Source: a virus
Taxonomy: Duplodnaviria; Caudoviricetes
IMG/VR virus record: IMGVR_UViG_3300020045_001235
Coordinates: 1-53,118 of that record
Direction: 5' to 3' (one strand)
Length of the DNA: 53,118 nucleotides
The notes beneath the pieces are model-generated. The model was not told the DNA's origin and made no database searches. It saw nothing but the letters and a program-made list of their open reading frames with translations. Below, one piece after another: positions 35,541 through 44,978 of this stretch. Within the stretch, counting starts at the first letter, position 1, and each line of letters opens with the position of its first letter. Position numbers and translations under genes: made by a program.

Positions 35541-37301
35541 ATGGCTGACGATACCGACGTTTCGACGACGCAGGGTGCACTTGAAGCATTGCGGTTGCAA
35601 ATGATGCAGCGCGTGGCTGATCGCTACTCGCCGGAAGGCAACGTGCAGCAGATTCAAGGTCGTAATCGCGCCTTGGATGAGTACGAAAGTACCATGCGCC
35701 AAGCTCCTACGCCTGATCGCTTCCAGATGAGTATCGACAATTGGCTATCGGGTGGTCAGTCGGGGCCGGCAGGTATCGTTCGTGCGGTCGGTCAAGCGGG
35801 GCAGCAGTATCAGACTATTCAGGACGCACAACACAACGATAAAATGAAAGCTTTGCAGAACCTTGCTATTTTGCGAGGTAACGCTGTTCGTGAGGAAGAT
35901 TCGACGCTGAAGGGCAACTTGGGACTTTTCAAGGCTACCAGTCAGAACGCACAACCCGACAAACTGACTTTGCAGCAACAAGTGGCTCTCCGCACCAAGA
36001 TCAACCAAGCGGAACGTGACTTAGAGAAAAACCTTCCAGGAATGACTCCTTCGGAACGTACGCGCCAAGCTGTTGAGATGGTTGCGAAGGATACAGGGTA
36101 CGCACTTCCTGAGTTGTTGAAGTTCGTATATGGTGCAAAACCCAAAGAGGAAGAAGATACGACGCAATCTTCCGCCGAAAAAGCGGACTTGTCTAAGCCT
36201 GTGACACTGCGCGCCTCCGTTAATCTGTCAGAAGAAGACGGCATCAAGCTCGCAAAGCAACTCCAAGCGAACCTTCAAATTGCGCAGAATACGTCGTATC
36301 CGCAAGAGGTCAGAGATGCTTCATTGAAACGCATTGCCGAACTTCAAGCGCAATACCCCACCGCACCTGCAACCGCACCTGCAACTACGCCTGCAACTAC
36401 GCCTGCAACTACGCCTGCAACTACGCCTGCAACTACGCCTGCAACTACGCCTGCAACTGCACCTGCACCGCTGATTGGGACAACTACCAAAGCTCAAGTT
36501 TACAAGGAGAGTCCGTTTGCTGCCGGACTAAATCTCCCCGAAGTGGTAGGAAAGAACACACTGAAGGCTGACCGAGAATTGCACGAAAAGCAATTGGATC
36601 AGTTCACAAAGAGTGATGCGTACAAGCAAATTTCCACCCAAGCAACCGCAGGAAAAGAACTGGTAGATTTGACCAACCAAGCGTTGAAGAACGATGTCAA
36701 GACGGACGCTATGACAGGTATCAAAACCATCGCTAACCGTTACGCAGAGGCGATGGGGGTACCCGTCAGCAAAGAGACTTTGGCCGCAGTTACAAAATAC
36801 GCTGAGTTGGGTCAGCTTGGTAACGCAATTGCGTTGGCTGAACAATTGGCGCAGAAGGGCAATCAGACTGACGCCGACTTTGCCCGCATTGTCGTGTCTG
36901 TGTTTGACCCTAACATGAATAAAGCTACCCGCAACTCGTTGCTACTCAACTACGCAGACAAGATGAACGCTCGCGTCACTCGGGGTAAATTTGCAGACGA
37001 ATTCATCGGACACCCGAACGCACTCGGCAACGTGATGCAACTCAATCGGGGTTACACTGACTACATCAACTCACCTTCCGGTAAATTGCCCGAAAGTGTT
37101 GCGGTGCGCAAAAACGGCAAAATCGAAGTTCTTCCGTTGGACGAAGCTATCCGCACCTTCCAAAATACAAAGACGGGAAGTCAGTATAAATTCTCCAAAG
37201 GCGACACTGCGGAAGATCAGGCTCGCAAACATGCTGCTACAATTGACGCACTTAAGAAAATGAATGCTGCGGCTAGGGCGTCGTTGTTGGAGGAAAAATA
37301 A
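35541..37301 (+). CDS. putative ejection/internal virion protein
   Basis: AAGGA RBS; helical; PATT linker. Confidence 0.7.
   Translation: MADDTDVSTTQGALEALRLQMMQRVADRYSPEGNVQQIQGRNRALDEYESTMRQAPTPDRFQMSIDNWLSGGQSGPAGIVRAVGQAGQQYQTIQDAQHNDKMKALQNLAILRGNAVREEDSTLKGNLGLFKATSQNAQPDKLTLQQQVALRTKINQAERDLEKNLPGMTPSERTRQAVEMVAKDTGYALPELLKFVYGAKPKEEEDTTQSSAEKADLSKPVTLRASVNLSEEDGIKLAKQLQANLQIAQNTSYPQEVRDASLKRIAELQAQYPTAPATAPATTPATTPATTPATTPATTPATTPATAPAPLIGTTTKAQVYKESPFAAGLNLPEVVGKNTLKADRELHEKQLDQFTKSDAYKQISTQATAGKELVDLTNQALKNDVKTDAMTGIKTIANRYAEAMGVPVSKETLAAVTKYAELGQLGNAIALAEQLAQKGNQTDADFARIVVSVFDPNMNKATRNSLLLNYADKMNARVTRGKFADEFIGHPNALGNVMQLNRGYTDYINSPSGKLPESVAVRKNGKIEVLPLDEAIRTFQNTKTGSQYKFSKGDTAEDQARKHAATIDALKKMNAAARASLLEEK
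36378..36449 (+). repeat. 6 x 12-bp CCTGCAACTACG coding repeat (PATT)
   Basis: Read directly; degenerate copies flank it. Confidence 0.95.
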
Positions 37302-40058
37302 ATGGCTGACAAGCGAAACAACGAAGGTGCACTTGCTTCGTTACTAACCGCACTCCGTAACTTCAGTTCTAGTCCTGAAGTTAACGCCATAAATCGCGGC
37401 TTGGCGAGCGCACCTATGTTGCCGTGGGAACTGAGTAAGAAAGCCACGTCATTCATCCCTGGACTACCGAGCTATGAGTTCGGAAGTGATACCGAGGATT
37501 TGTATCGAAAAATGCGTGGTGCAGGGATGTTGTCCGACCGCCCTCGCGGTACTGGTTGGAATCGAGTCTTGGAAAATACCCTTGAAACAGGTGCTGGGGG
37601 TTTGGGATTCGGTGCGGCGTTGCGTGCTCCTGCGATGCTCATGGCTGGCGGTAAAGGCGCGTTTGCATCCGCTCCTGCGCTTCGTGAGCAAGCGCGACAA
37701 CTCGCCCTGTACGATGTCGGTATGCCTGCTGCGGTTGAACCGGTCACCTCGACACTGGACCAAAGTGGTAATGAAGGCGCGGCGTCGATTACACGTTTAT
37801 TCGGCCCCCTCGCTGCTTCAGGTTTGATCCCTCAGATTGGTGCAGGACTCTCTCGCATTGGTGGTGGCTATACAAACGATGCTGCCCGCACCGAAGCTAC
37901 ATTGCGTCGACTTGAGCGTCGTACTGGCCCTGCGACTGAACTGCGTACTCCTGAAAATATGGAAGGTCTGCGAGTATCCGTACCTGAAATGATCCCGTCG
38001 TCTGGAACCTCATTGCGTGACGTTGCAGCAGATGCGTATCGTCGGTCGATTGAGTTGGCAAAAGCTGCGAAATCCCCTGAAGGTAGACGCAAGTTGATCG
38101 CGGATCGCTTGGCAAACCGTCAGACAATTCAGCAAATGCCGTTCGAAAACATGGCGGCTGAAGACATCGGTGCTGCTGCTCGTGGTACTAACGACGCTTT
38201 GACTGACGTAATCAACAACGCTCCTACCGCTGGTGCAAGTACAGGTCAAATTGCCAAAGCGGTCGCGGATCGCACCCAACAAATTGCCAAAGATTTGTAC
38301 TCCAAATTGCCCGGTTCTGGTGGTGGTTACGAGCGCATGGCTGACAAAATCATCGACTTGATGAAGCAAGCTCAAGCTGCAAAAAACGCAGATTACGCAG
38401 CACTTGGGGATATGACCAAACTCGGCAAGGTCAATCGTGATCCGCTATATCAAGCTTGGGAGCAAATACTCAAAGACAAAAAGGCATCTGCTGCGCTCAA
38501 CGGAGGATTGGGTGATGAACTGAAAGCAATGAAGACTGAAATGGACTTGTTGCTCAACAAAAATTTAGATGCGACTGAACGCGAAATGCGTGCAAACATG
38601 GGAATTTATAGTGCTGGTGGCGGTCCTGCGTACAAGGCTGTGAATGTCAGCAACGAGATACCTATTGCCGACTTGGTTGAACGTCGTAAGTACCTCAACT
38701 CCTTGAAACTCACACCGACCGGTGAGTGGATTCGTGCCAAGTTGATAAATGCTATCGACGACACAATTGGTCAGAACGCCCCAGTTCGTGATGCTTTGGC
38801 TTCTGCAAACAGCAATTATTCTGAGTATAGAAAGTTGATCGACCCGTCTACTCCATACGGCAAAGCATTTTCAAACAACAACTTGGAAGACGCCAAAAAA
38901 GAACTTGCTCTGAAAATTCGTAATGTATTTACCGGGACTAACTCAGGTGGTCAGGCCGACGAACTGGCAGACTTGTTCAGCAAGTTTAGTAACCCCAACG
39001 AACTTCAAGATTTGTTCAGGGGTGCGCTCGGAGATACGATTGCTCTTAAAGCCAAGAAGATCGGCGCACTGCCCGGAGAAGCACCTACCAACGTCAAGAG
39101 TGCTCGCGGAGAACTTAACGCAGCACAAGCCTTTGCACAACGAATCGGCATCCCATTGGACGAGATGAACAACATGGGGGTCAAGTTGGCTACTGAAGCC
39201 GAAGTCGCTGCCAAACAAATGGAGCCTCTTAAGCGGTTGGCTGACAATCCGAGAAGTTTCATGGCTAAGGGTATCATCGGCACGCCGGAGGAACAACTTC
39301 AAGTTCGCAATGTAATTCAAGAGCTTGGTGCTCACGACCCCAAACTGGCTACAGCACTTGATAGCGGTCTAACTCAAGCGACTAAATCGCATGCCGTGCA
39401 GCAAGCAGCAGGTCAGAATCTCGGAGAACTGTCCCGCGACCCCTTTATGTTCGTCAGTCGTGCCGTTGGCGGTACGCCGCAAGAATCCCAGAAGGTTAGT
39501 GCGGCGTTGGGTGATGCGATGAATCCTCCGGTCGGCCCTTCGCAATCTTTGCAAGTTGAAAACGACATTGCTAAGGCCAACCGTGCGACGCAAGGTCACG
39601 CTGAGATGGGTACAAACTTGCAACGCGCAGGTATTGAGGCCAACGCGGCATCAGGGTTCAACGATATTGACCTTGCTAACATGGCGGCGTTGGGTGGTGC
39701 GGCAAGTGGTGTCAGCCCGTTTACAGTAGGTCGTGGTGTACGACTTGCGGAGTCAGTCGTCAATAAAGTTGCACATCCTCTAACCGACACTAACCTCTAC
39801 GGCGCACTACTCTCTGACCCAGGTCGCTACATGGGACTTATCAATTCCAACCCGACCTACCATATCAAGGGTTACGAGAAGCTGCTTCCCCAAGTAGTCG
39901 GTACGGCAGAACGTGTATTTTCTCCGAGTCGATCCGAGGAAATTAAAGCACAACAAGCTCAAATGCATAGTCAGCCTGCCGAAATACTTGATTGGGGCGA
40001 CGGAGAATCTACTGATGAGCAACCGAAAATTGATACAACCTTGGATTGGGGTGAGTAA
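37302..40058 (+). CDS. large putative ejection/internal virion protein
   Basis: 918 aa, helical, GGAGG RBS, end of structural arm. Confidence 0.7.
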   Translation: MADKRNNEGALASLLTALRNFSSSPEVNAINRGLASAPMLPWELSKKATSFIPGLPSYEFGSDTEDLYRKMRGAGMLSDRPRGTGWNRVLENTLETGAGGLGFGAALRAPAMLMAGGKGAFASAPALREQARQLALYDVGMPAAVEPVTSTLDQSGNEGAASITRLFGPLAASGLIPQIGAGLSRIGGGYTNDAARTEATLRRLERRTGPATELRTPENMEGLRVSVPEMIPSSGTSLRDVAADAYRRSIELAKAAKSPEGRRKLIADRLANRQTIQQMPFENMAAEDIGAAARGTNDALTDVINNAPTAGASTGQIAKAVADRTQQIAKDLYSKLPGSGGGYERMADKIIDLMKQAQAAKNADYAALGDMTKLGKVNRDPLYQAWEQILKDKKASAALNGGLGDELKAMKTEMDLLLNKNLDATEREMRANMGIYSAGGGPAYKAVNVSNEIPIADLVERRKYLNSLKLTPTGEWIRAKLINAIDDTIGQNAPVRDALASANSNYSEYRKLIDPSTPYGKAFSNNNLEDAKKELALKIRNVFTGTNSGGQADELADLFSKFSNPNELQDLFRGALGDTIALKAKKIGALPGEAPTNVKSARGELNAAQAFAQRIGIPLDEMNNMGVKLATEAEVAAKQMEPLKRLADNPRSFMAKGIIGTPEEQLQVRNVIQELGAHDPKLATALDSGLTQATKSHAVQQAAGQNLGELSRDPFMFVSRAVGGTPQESQKVSAALGDAMNPPVGPSQSLQVENDIAKANRATQGHAEMGTNLQRAGIEANAASGFNDIDLANMAALGGAASGVSPFTVGRGVRLAESVVNKVAHPLTDTNLYGALLSDPGRYMGLINSNPTYHIKGYEKLLPQVVGTAERVFSPSRSEEIKAQQAQMHSQPAEILDWGDGESTDEQPKIDTTLDWGE

Positions 40059-40060
40059 GT

Positions 40061-40396
40061 ATGGACGAACTAAAAGCATCTCCGCGAAACGAGCTTATTG
40101 GCGCACTGGCTGACATGCTTCGTGCTGGTCGGGAAACGGCGAATGAGTATAGCGATCTGAGATTGGGTGACTTGTTCGCAGGGCGAGCACCTGAAGAAAT
40201 CAACGAGTGGTCTTACGGCAACCTTCCGATGCACATTGTCGGGGGCGGTACGGGTTCGTTGATCCCTCAGATGAAAGTCGGTCGTGACTCACAAGTGCTT
40301 GATGTTGGTGCGCTAGCACCGTTTCTCATACCACCAGCGAGAGTTTCACATCGCGGCGCACTGGAAGCCTTGTACGAACTACTCGGTCGTCGCTAA
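40061..40396 (+). CDS. hypothetical protein
   Basis: Last plus-strand ORF; converges on the minus arm. Confidence 0.65.
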   Translation: MDELKASPRNELIGALADMLRAGRETANEYSDLRLGDLFAGRAPEEINEWSYGNLPMHIVGGGTGSLIPQMKVGRDSQVLDVGALAPFLIPPARVSHRGALEALYELLGRR

Positions 40397-40666
40397 CACT
40401 TTCAACCAATGCTCCACCCCGCCCCTAACCATTAGCGGGTAGTCGTTAGTTCGCAGGGCGTACAGCGTCGTTGCTGATAAATCGTCCTTCGTGACTAGGT
40501 ACTTGTGTTGGTGTTCGAACTCGTCGTAATACTTGAACAACAACTTTGCGATCTGGTCGTATTCGTCGTCACCCATCAACGACATATTCAGGATGTAGTA
40601 GGCGTATGACGCCATCAGGTAGCGTTGTAGTAGCTTTCCGCAGGCGCTGTTAATCTCGGGGTTCAC
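40379..40666 (-). CDS. stand-alone NAD+-dependent DNA ligase domain Ia-like protein
   Basis: YLMASYAYY...MGDDEYD matches the LigA Ia pattern YY-x(n)-DxEYD; GGGAG RBS before GTG 40666. Confidence 0.6.
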   Translation of the reverse strand: MNPEINSACGKLLQRYLMASYAYYILNMSLMGDDEYDQIAKLLFKYYDEFEHQHKYLVTKDDLSATTLYALRTNDYPLMVRGGVEHWLKVLATTE

Positions 40667-40955
40667 GCTGGTAACTCCCACTTGTAAGCAATGAAATCCC
40701 GAGCAAGAAGCCGAAATCGTACCAACACCCATTGTTGTACACAGCATAAATCGCAACATCATCCAAAAACAACGATGCGCCGAATGCAAACGGTAATATC
40801 AACCCGTGCCACACTCCGTACCAAAAACCAACAACTTCCGCAGCACCAACATCTAAAGTTTGAATGTGGTCGGCACAACCACTTAATAGTACGCAAATTA
40901 CAAGTGCTATCCGAGTTTTTACTGTTGTACAGTTAAAGGCGTACTCTTTAGTCAT
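40650..40955 (-). CDS. membrane protein with lipobox-like signal
   Basis: VLLSGC; GFWYGVWHG...NNGCWYDFGFLLG. Confidence 0.7.
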   Translation of the reverse strand: MTKEYAFNCTTVKTRIALVICVLLSGCADHIQTLDVGAAEVVGFWYGVWHGLILPFAFGASLFLDDVAIYAVYNNGCWYDFGFLLGISLLTSGSYQREPRD

Positions 40956-43900
40956 GACGATCTCCTTCCGGCATTTCGATCTTAATTCCTAACTTATTGG
41001 TGTCAAACGTGTAGCAAGGTACAACTGTTGGTGGTGCGCCGTTCATTCCCTTCGATACGTTGATACTCTGCGGTACGCGGTCCATCACTTCGGTCCGCAT
41101 CAGTTGTGTCAGTACATCGCCGTGATTGATCTTTCGATTCGTCATCCATCGCTCAAACGAATCTTTGCGTATGTACAACTTCTCGTGACCCATGTCCAGG
41201 CGGGCCACAATGACACCTCGGGGTGCCTCGTGTAGTAACGTTGGAATACCGTTGACTTCACGTCCGACCGAGAAAATCTTGCCGTTGTTCTCAGCGAGGA
41301 ACGTACCCAACATCTCGTAAGGATTGATCTGGTGAGAACGGGACTTGCCGCCGTACTCCCGCAACGTGTTCAGAATCCAGTCGGTGACGCCTTGAAGATC
41401 AAAGTCAATCAGACCCAAGTTTTTGGCGATCTGCCCTCCGACCAACGCACAAGCGACTGTGGCATTCAAGAAGCGATGTTGACCTAGCTTGGAGCCGTTA
41501 TCCTTGACCCACGTCATCATGGCAGGAACGATGTCCTTCAACTTCTCACGGTTCGCCACGACGTACTTCAGGTACTCTTCGCCGACCACGCCGTAGTTAC
41601 CCTCAACCACATCGACCAACTCGCGCTCGCAGAAGTCCATCCAACGGTCGTCAAGTTCGATTCGGTACTCAAGGATACGAGCTAGCGCAGCGGTGGGGTC
41701 AGACTTCTCCATCTTGACTTTTTCAAGCAGCGACTCGTTGGTGGTCGCCAGCATAATCAGGTGCCAAGGGTCACGCTCGTGGTTCTGCAAAGATGAGTCG
41801 GACTTCAAGCGAGCCTTCTGCTTGCCGCTGGATACGTCGTAAGCCAACTGAGAGATTTGCAGCGGATCGGCGTTGGTACATTCGTCCAGAGCAACCGGCA
41901 TGTTCTTCGTAATGGCAAGGCGGGAATAGACCGTATTGATCGTGTCCTTCCACTCCATCAGTGTACCCTTCGGACGACCGTAGATACTCAGTGCGTAACT
42001 CATGGCTGACGTTTTACCTGTACCCGTCGAACCTAGAAGGCTGACGATGGAGCCGTTGATACCGCCTGTGAACTTCATCAGGGGTGCACCGAAGCCGCAC
42101 AACAGTGCGAACGCTTGTCCCTCAAGTCCCTTCTGGTTGAAGATTTGCGTAGTCTGCCGCCAGAACTCCTTGTCACCATTGGCGTGGTAGTCGGTCGTGT
42201 ATTCCTTGACTCGCGGTGACAGTCCTGCTTCTACCGTACTACCGTGGGTGATTAGCTTGTTACCCAGAACGAAGCCGATTGTGTCTTTCTCACGACCATC
42301 GGTGTCATGCTGTACGGCCCACCCCATTGCGGAGTGCAGCGTGATCGTCTTCTGATTTCGAGCCAAGTCGTTAATGTAGGCTTGCAGATAGGAACTCATG
42401 GCTTTCGCATGCTCCGGTTTGATGTACAGCCCCTTGTCGTACAGCCACGTCAACAGTGACTTCTGATCTGACAAGATGCTGGCTTTCAGTTGGTACTCAA
42501 AAACGTCGTTGTGGTGGTCGCGGTAGCATAGATTGACGACTCTAGAATCAGTATATCGGTCGTGTGAGTTACGCGTGATCCATACATCGAAGTCGCAGAT
42601 TGTGATTGGCGCAGGTAGCGCGTCATCAACGACTTGAATCCCTTTGACGGTACGACGAAACGACCCAAGTTGTGTCGGCGGCTTGTATTCGTTGGTTTCG
42701 ATCTGACCTAGTGCATCAGCCATAGGTAATGGCGGTACGACAACCTCTTCGACCAGAGGGGCAGCGTCCTCGCCCAACTGCACCGGGAATGCAATCTTCC
42801 CTTTGAACGGGCATCCTGCACAACCCGTTGCGTTCTTCGCTTCAAACGCACCACAGGACGAAGGACCGGTCGCCCGTTCCATCCACTGATCCATCTTGGC
42901 TTGTGTGGTGTTGTAGTCGTAGCTTGGGTGTCCTGATGACCACTCTTGATAGTACGCTTCGCCGTTGGTGCAATGACCCAGCGTACCTGCCAAGAGATAC
43001 CACACCGGTTCATCGACCATCCCTTTTGACTGTCGGAAGAACTTCACCTGCTGGCACTTGGACGAGATGATTTCTGCGTTGGCAGGGGGAAACTCGTTCG
43101 GGCGAATCAGCGCCGCAGCAACGCCGGTCGGAGCGTGCTTGGTCTGCATGTTGCGAACTGCGGATGGATTGACGATGCGAAGTTTCTCTTTGATGGTGGC
43201 GCTCAACGCCTCGAAGGTGTAGATCAGTTCGCTACTCTGGATCGTATAGACTTCGAGCGGATCGCCTTTGCGGTGCCATGTTCCAGGGAGACGCATCAAC
43301 GACGCAGCATCGGCCGTCCGCATCGGATCAGCCTTCAAACCGTGGTGGTGAGTCAGCGCCTTCAGACCTTCAGCAACCTGCTTCCAAGAGTTCGCCGTGA
43401 CGTTCTCGTTGAACACCCAGTAAGCGTGGATGCCACGGCCTGATGACACCACTGTGGACGGCGAGAGTCCTGTCTTGTTAACGAAGTCCACCAACCCTTC
43501 AACTGCGGCCTGCTGCGAGCGGTACTTGTCGTGCTCCTTCAGGTACTCACGAACCTCTTCCTGCTGTTCGACCGGTAGACGCGCAATGACTTCGTGCTTG
43601 TCCGACCGCAGGTTCAACATGTTGATCGGTTCGACCCACTCAGTTGGGATCGGCTTCGCTACATCAAGGTCAAGCCAGAACGATTTGACCCCTACGACAT
43701 TCTTGGTCGCACGGGAGGGATTGCCGTAACGGTTGAGTTCCGGTTCATCGGTGTAAGACGAGGTTGCGTACCAGACATTTTTGCAGTGGCGAACCAAGGA
43801 TTCGTAGAGCGCATAGACTGCGGCCCCTTCTGCGGTACTGAACCACTTGTGATGCGGTGTCGCCTGATGTCCCGTCTGCGTAGCGATGCAGTAGATGCCT

Positions 43901-44052
43901 CCAGCAGGGGTTGTTTTTGTAAGGTGGGAGTAAGCCTTGCGTACAGCTTCGTTGATGTTCGCCTGAGTGCCGTCAGGGAGGGTTGTAACACTTTGAAGTT
44001 CGTGCCACCACGCAGCAGTCAGTGCGTCATCTGTTTTGATTTGTGCCAGCAA
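40948..44052 (-). CDS. primase-helicase: AEP/RepB-like primase, Cys motif, DUF927, P-loop helicase
   Basis: FWLDLD, SSGRGIHAYW, MRLPGTWH; CAGCPFKG; GSTGTGKT Walker A, VALDE Walker B. Confidence 0.9.
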   Translation of the reverse strand: MLAQIKTDDALTAAWWHELQSVTTLPDGTQANINEAVRKAYSHLTKTTPAGGIYCIATQTGHQATPHHKWFSTAEGAAVYALYESLVRHCKNVWYATSSYTDEPELNRYGNPSRATKNVVGVKSFWLDLDVAKPIPTEWVEPINMLNLRSDKHEVIARLPVEQQEEVREYLKEHDKYRSQQAAVEGLVDFVNKTGLSPSTVVSSGRGIHAYWVFNENVTANSWKQVAEGLKALTHHHGLKADPMRTADAASLMRLPGTWHRKGDPLEVYTIQSSELIYTFEALSATIKEKLRIVNPSAVRNMQTKHAPTGVAAALIRPNEFPPANAEIISSKCQQVKFFRQSKGMVDEPVWYLLAGTLGHCTNGEAYYQEWSSGHPSYDYNTTQAKMDQWMERATGPSSCGAFEAKNATGCAGCPFKGKIAFPVQLGEDAAPLVEEVVVPPLPMADALGQIETNEYKPPTQLGSFRRTVKGIQVVDDALPAPITICDFDVWITRNSHDRYTDSRVVNLCYRDHHNDVFEYQLKASILSDQKSLLTWLYDKGLYIKPEHAKAMSSYLQAYINDLARNQKTITLHSAMGWAVQHDTDGREKDTIGFVLGNKLITHGSTVEAGLSPRVKEYTTDYHANGDKEFWRQTTQIFNQKGLEGQAFALLCGFGAPLMKFTGGINGSIVSLLGSTGTGKTSAMSYALSIYGRPKGTLMEWKDTINTVYSRLAITKNMPVALDECTNADPLQISQLAYDVSSGKQKARLKSDSSLQNHERDPWHLIMLATTNESLLEKVKMEKSDPTAALARILEYRIELDDRWMDFCERELVDVVEGNYGVVGEEYLKYVVANREKLKDIVPAMMTWVKDNGSKLGQHRFLNATVACALVGGQIAKNLGLIDFDLQGVTDWILNTLREYGGKSRSHQINPYEMLGTFLAENNGKIFSVGREVNGIPTLLHEAPRGVIVARLDMGHEKLYIRKDSFERWMTNRKINHGDVLTQLMRTEVMDRVPQSINVSKGMNGAPPTVVPCYTFDTNKLGIKIEMPEGDRHD

Positions 44053-44097
44053 GGAGCCACCTTATTGTTGTGTTAGCCACCATCCCTAGAATTAGGT

Positions 44098-44188
44098 GCC
44101 TCTCTGCGCTGCATTGACCTTGGAGGTGGCGTTCCTTGGGCAACTTGTGCTGTTCGGTCGAGGGATCAGCTAGACCTAGCAGAGAGGC
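44098..44188 (-). ncRNA. C4-like antisense RNA element
   Basis: 10-bp closing helix GCCTCTCTGC/GCAGAGAGGC; two loops complementary to downstream sites 44074-44087 and 44051-44062 (RBS/start). Confidence 0.65.
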
Positions 44189-44196
44189 GAAAACGA

Positions 44197-44225
44197 ATCA
44201 TACTAAAATCACTTCGGCGTGTAAA
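44197..44225 (-). promoter_or_regulatory. sigma70-type promoter for the C4-like RNA and primase
   Basis: TTTACA-17 bp-TATGAT. Confidence 0.75.
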
Positions 44226-44544
44226 GTTTCTGACACTCTTTCAACAGCCGCTTCAAATCCCCGACTTCGCGCCAAATCATCAGCGGAGGCCATTCCAAAC
44301 CAACCACCACATCAGGCCCAAAAACGTTCAACGTCACTCCATCAGGTGTTACGAACGAGTCGATGTAATCGAGTTCTCCGCAGTCGTAGTAGAAAGTTAC
44401 TTTCCAACCGTCTTTTGCAGGAAGTTTCACGTCACCATACCACTCGAAGTTTGCATTCGGAGGATTCGCGCTTTCTGCAATCTCAAGCAACTTCCACTGA
44501 TCGTATTCATCTAGCGGATGTGCCGGCCACCATCGCTTTAACAT
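44209..44544 (-). CDS. hypothetical protein
   Basis: GAGGTG RBS; FYYDCGELDYIDSF. Confidence 0.7.
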   Translation of the reverse strand: MLKRWWPAHPLDEYDQWKLLEIAESANPPNANFEWYGDVKLPAKDGWKVTFYYDCGELDYIDSFVTPDGVTLNVFGPDVVVGLEWPPLMIWREVGDLKRLLKECQKLYTPK

Positions 44545-44553
44545 TTTGGCACC

Positions 44554-44877
44554 TCAATGGTTAATGTCCCAATCACCCACGTATCTATCCAGCACAAAGT
44601 CCGGTCGCTTATTCCATGCGTCAAGGGCTTCTTGTTTGCTGTCGCCGTGGATTTCAGCACCACAACCTCCAGAGTTTGTCGGGCAGTTCATCCCCCAACA
44701 CCACTGGTCTTTTGGGACTTCGTTGTATTTATGATATGTCCGAAACCCAAGCTCGTCATCGTCCTTCCAACCAAATCCGTCTGGGTACAGCGTGTCGGGA
44801 TCACCAAGGTCTACCGCCTTACCGCAAAACGGGCACGGAAGCGCTCCAACCTTCGCATCAGCAGTTCTTTTTGTCAT
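44554..44877 (-). CDS. Lar-like (restriction alleviation) Zn-finger protein
   Basis: LPCPFCG...C..GGCGA...EALDAWNKR. Confidence 0.7.
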   Translation of the reverse strand: MTKRTADAKVGALPCPFCGKAVDLGDPDTLYPDGFGWKDDDELGFRTYHKYNEVPKDQWCWGMNCPTNSGGCGAEIHGDSKQEALDAWNKRPDFVLDRYVGDWDINH

Positions 44878-44894
44878 TTTCCTTCTCCGCGTTT

Positions 44895-44968
44895 TGGTGC
44901 TCCGTGCAGGAATCGAACCTGCGCCTGATGATTACAAATCAACTGCACGACCTTCATGCTAACAGAGC
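44895..44968 (-). tRNA. trnT: tRNA-Thr(UGU)
   Basis: 74-nt cloverleaf; acceptor GCTCTGT/ACGGAGC, loop TTTGTAA, GGTTCGATTCC T-arm, encoded CCA; one U-U in the anticodon stem. Confidence 0.9.
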
Positions 44969-44978
44969 TTTGTCAGGC

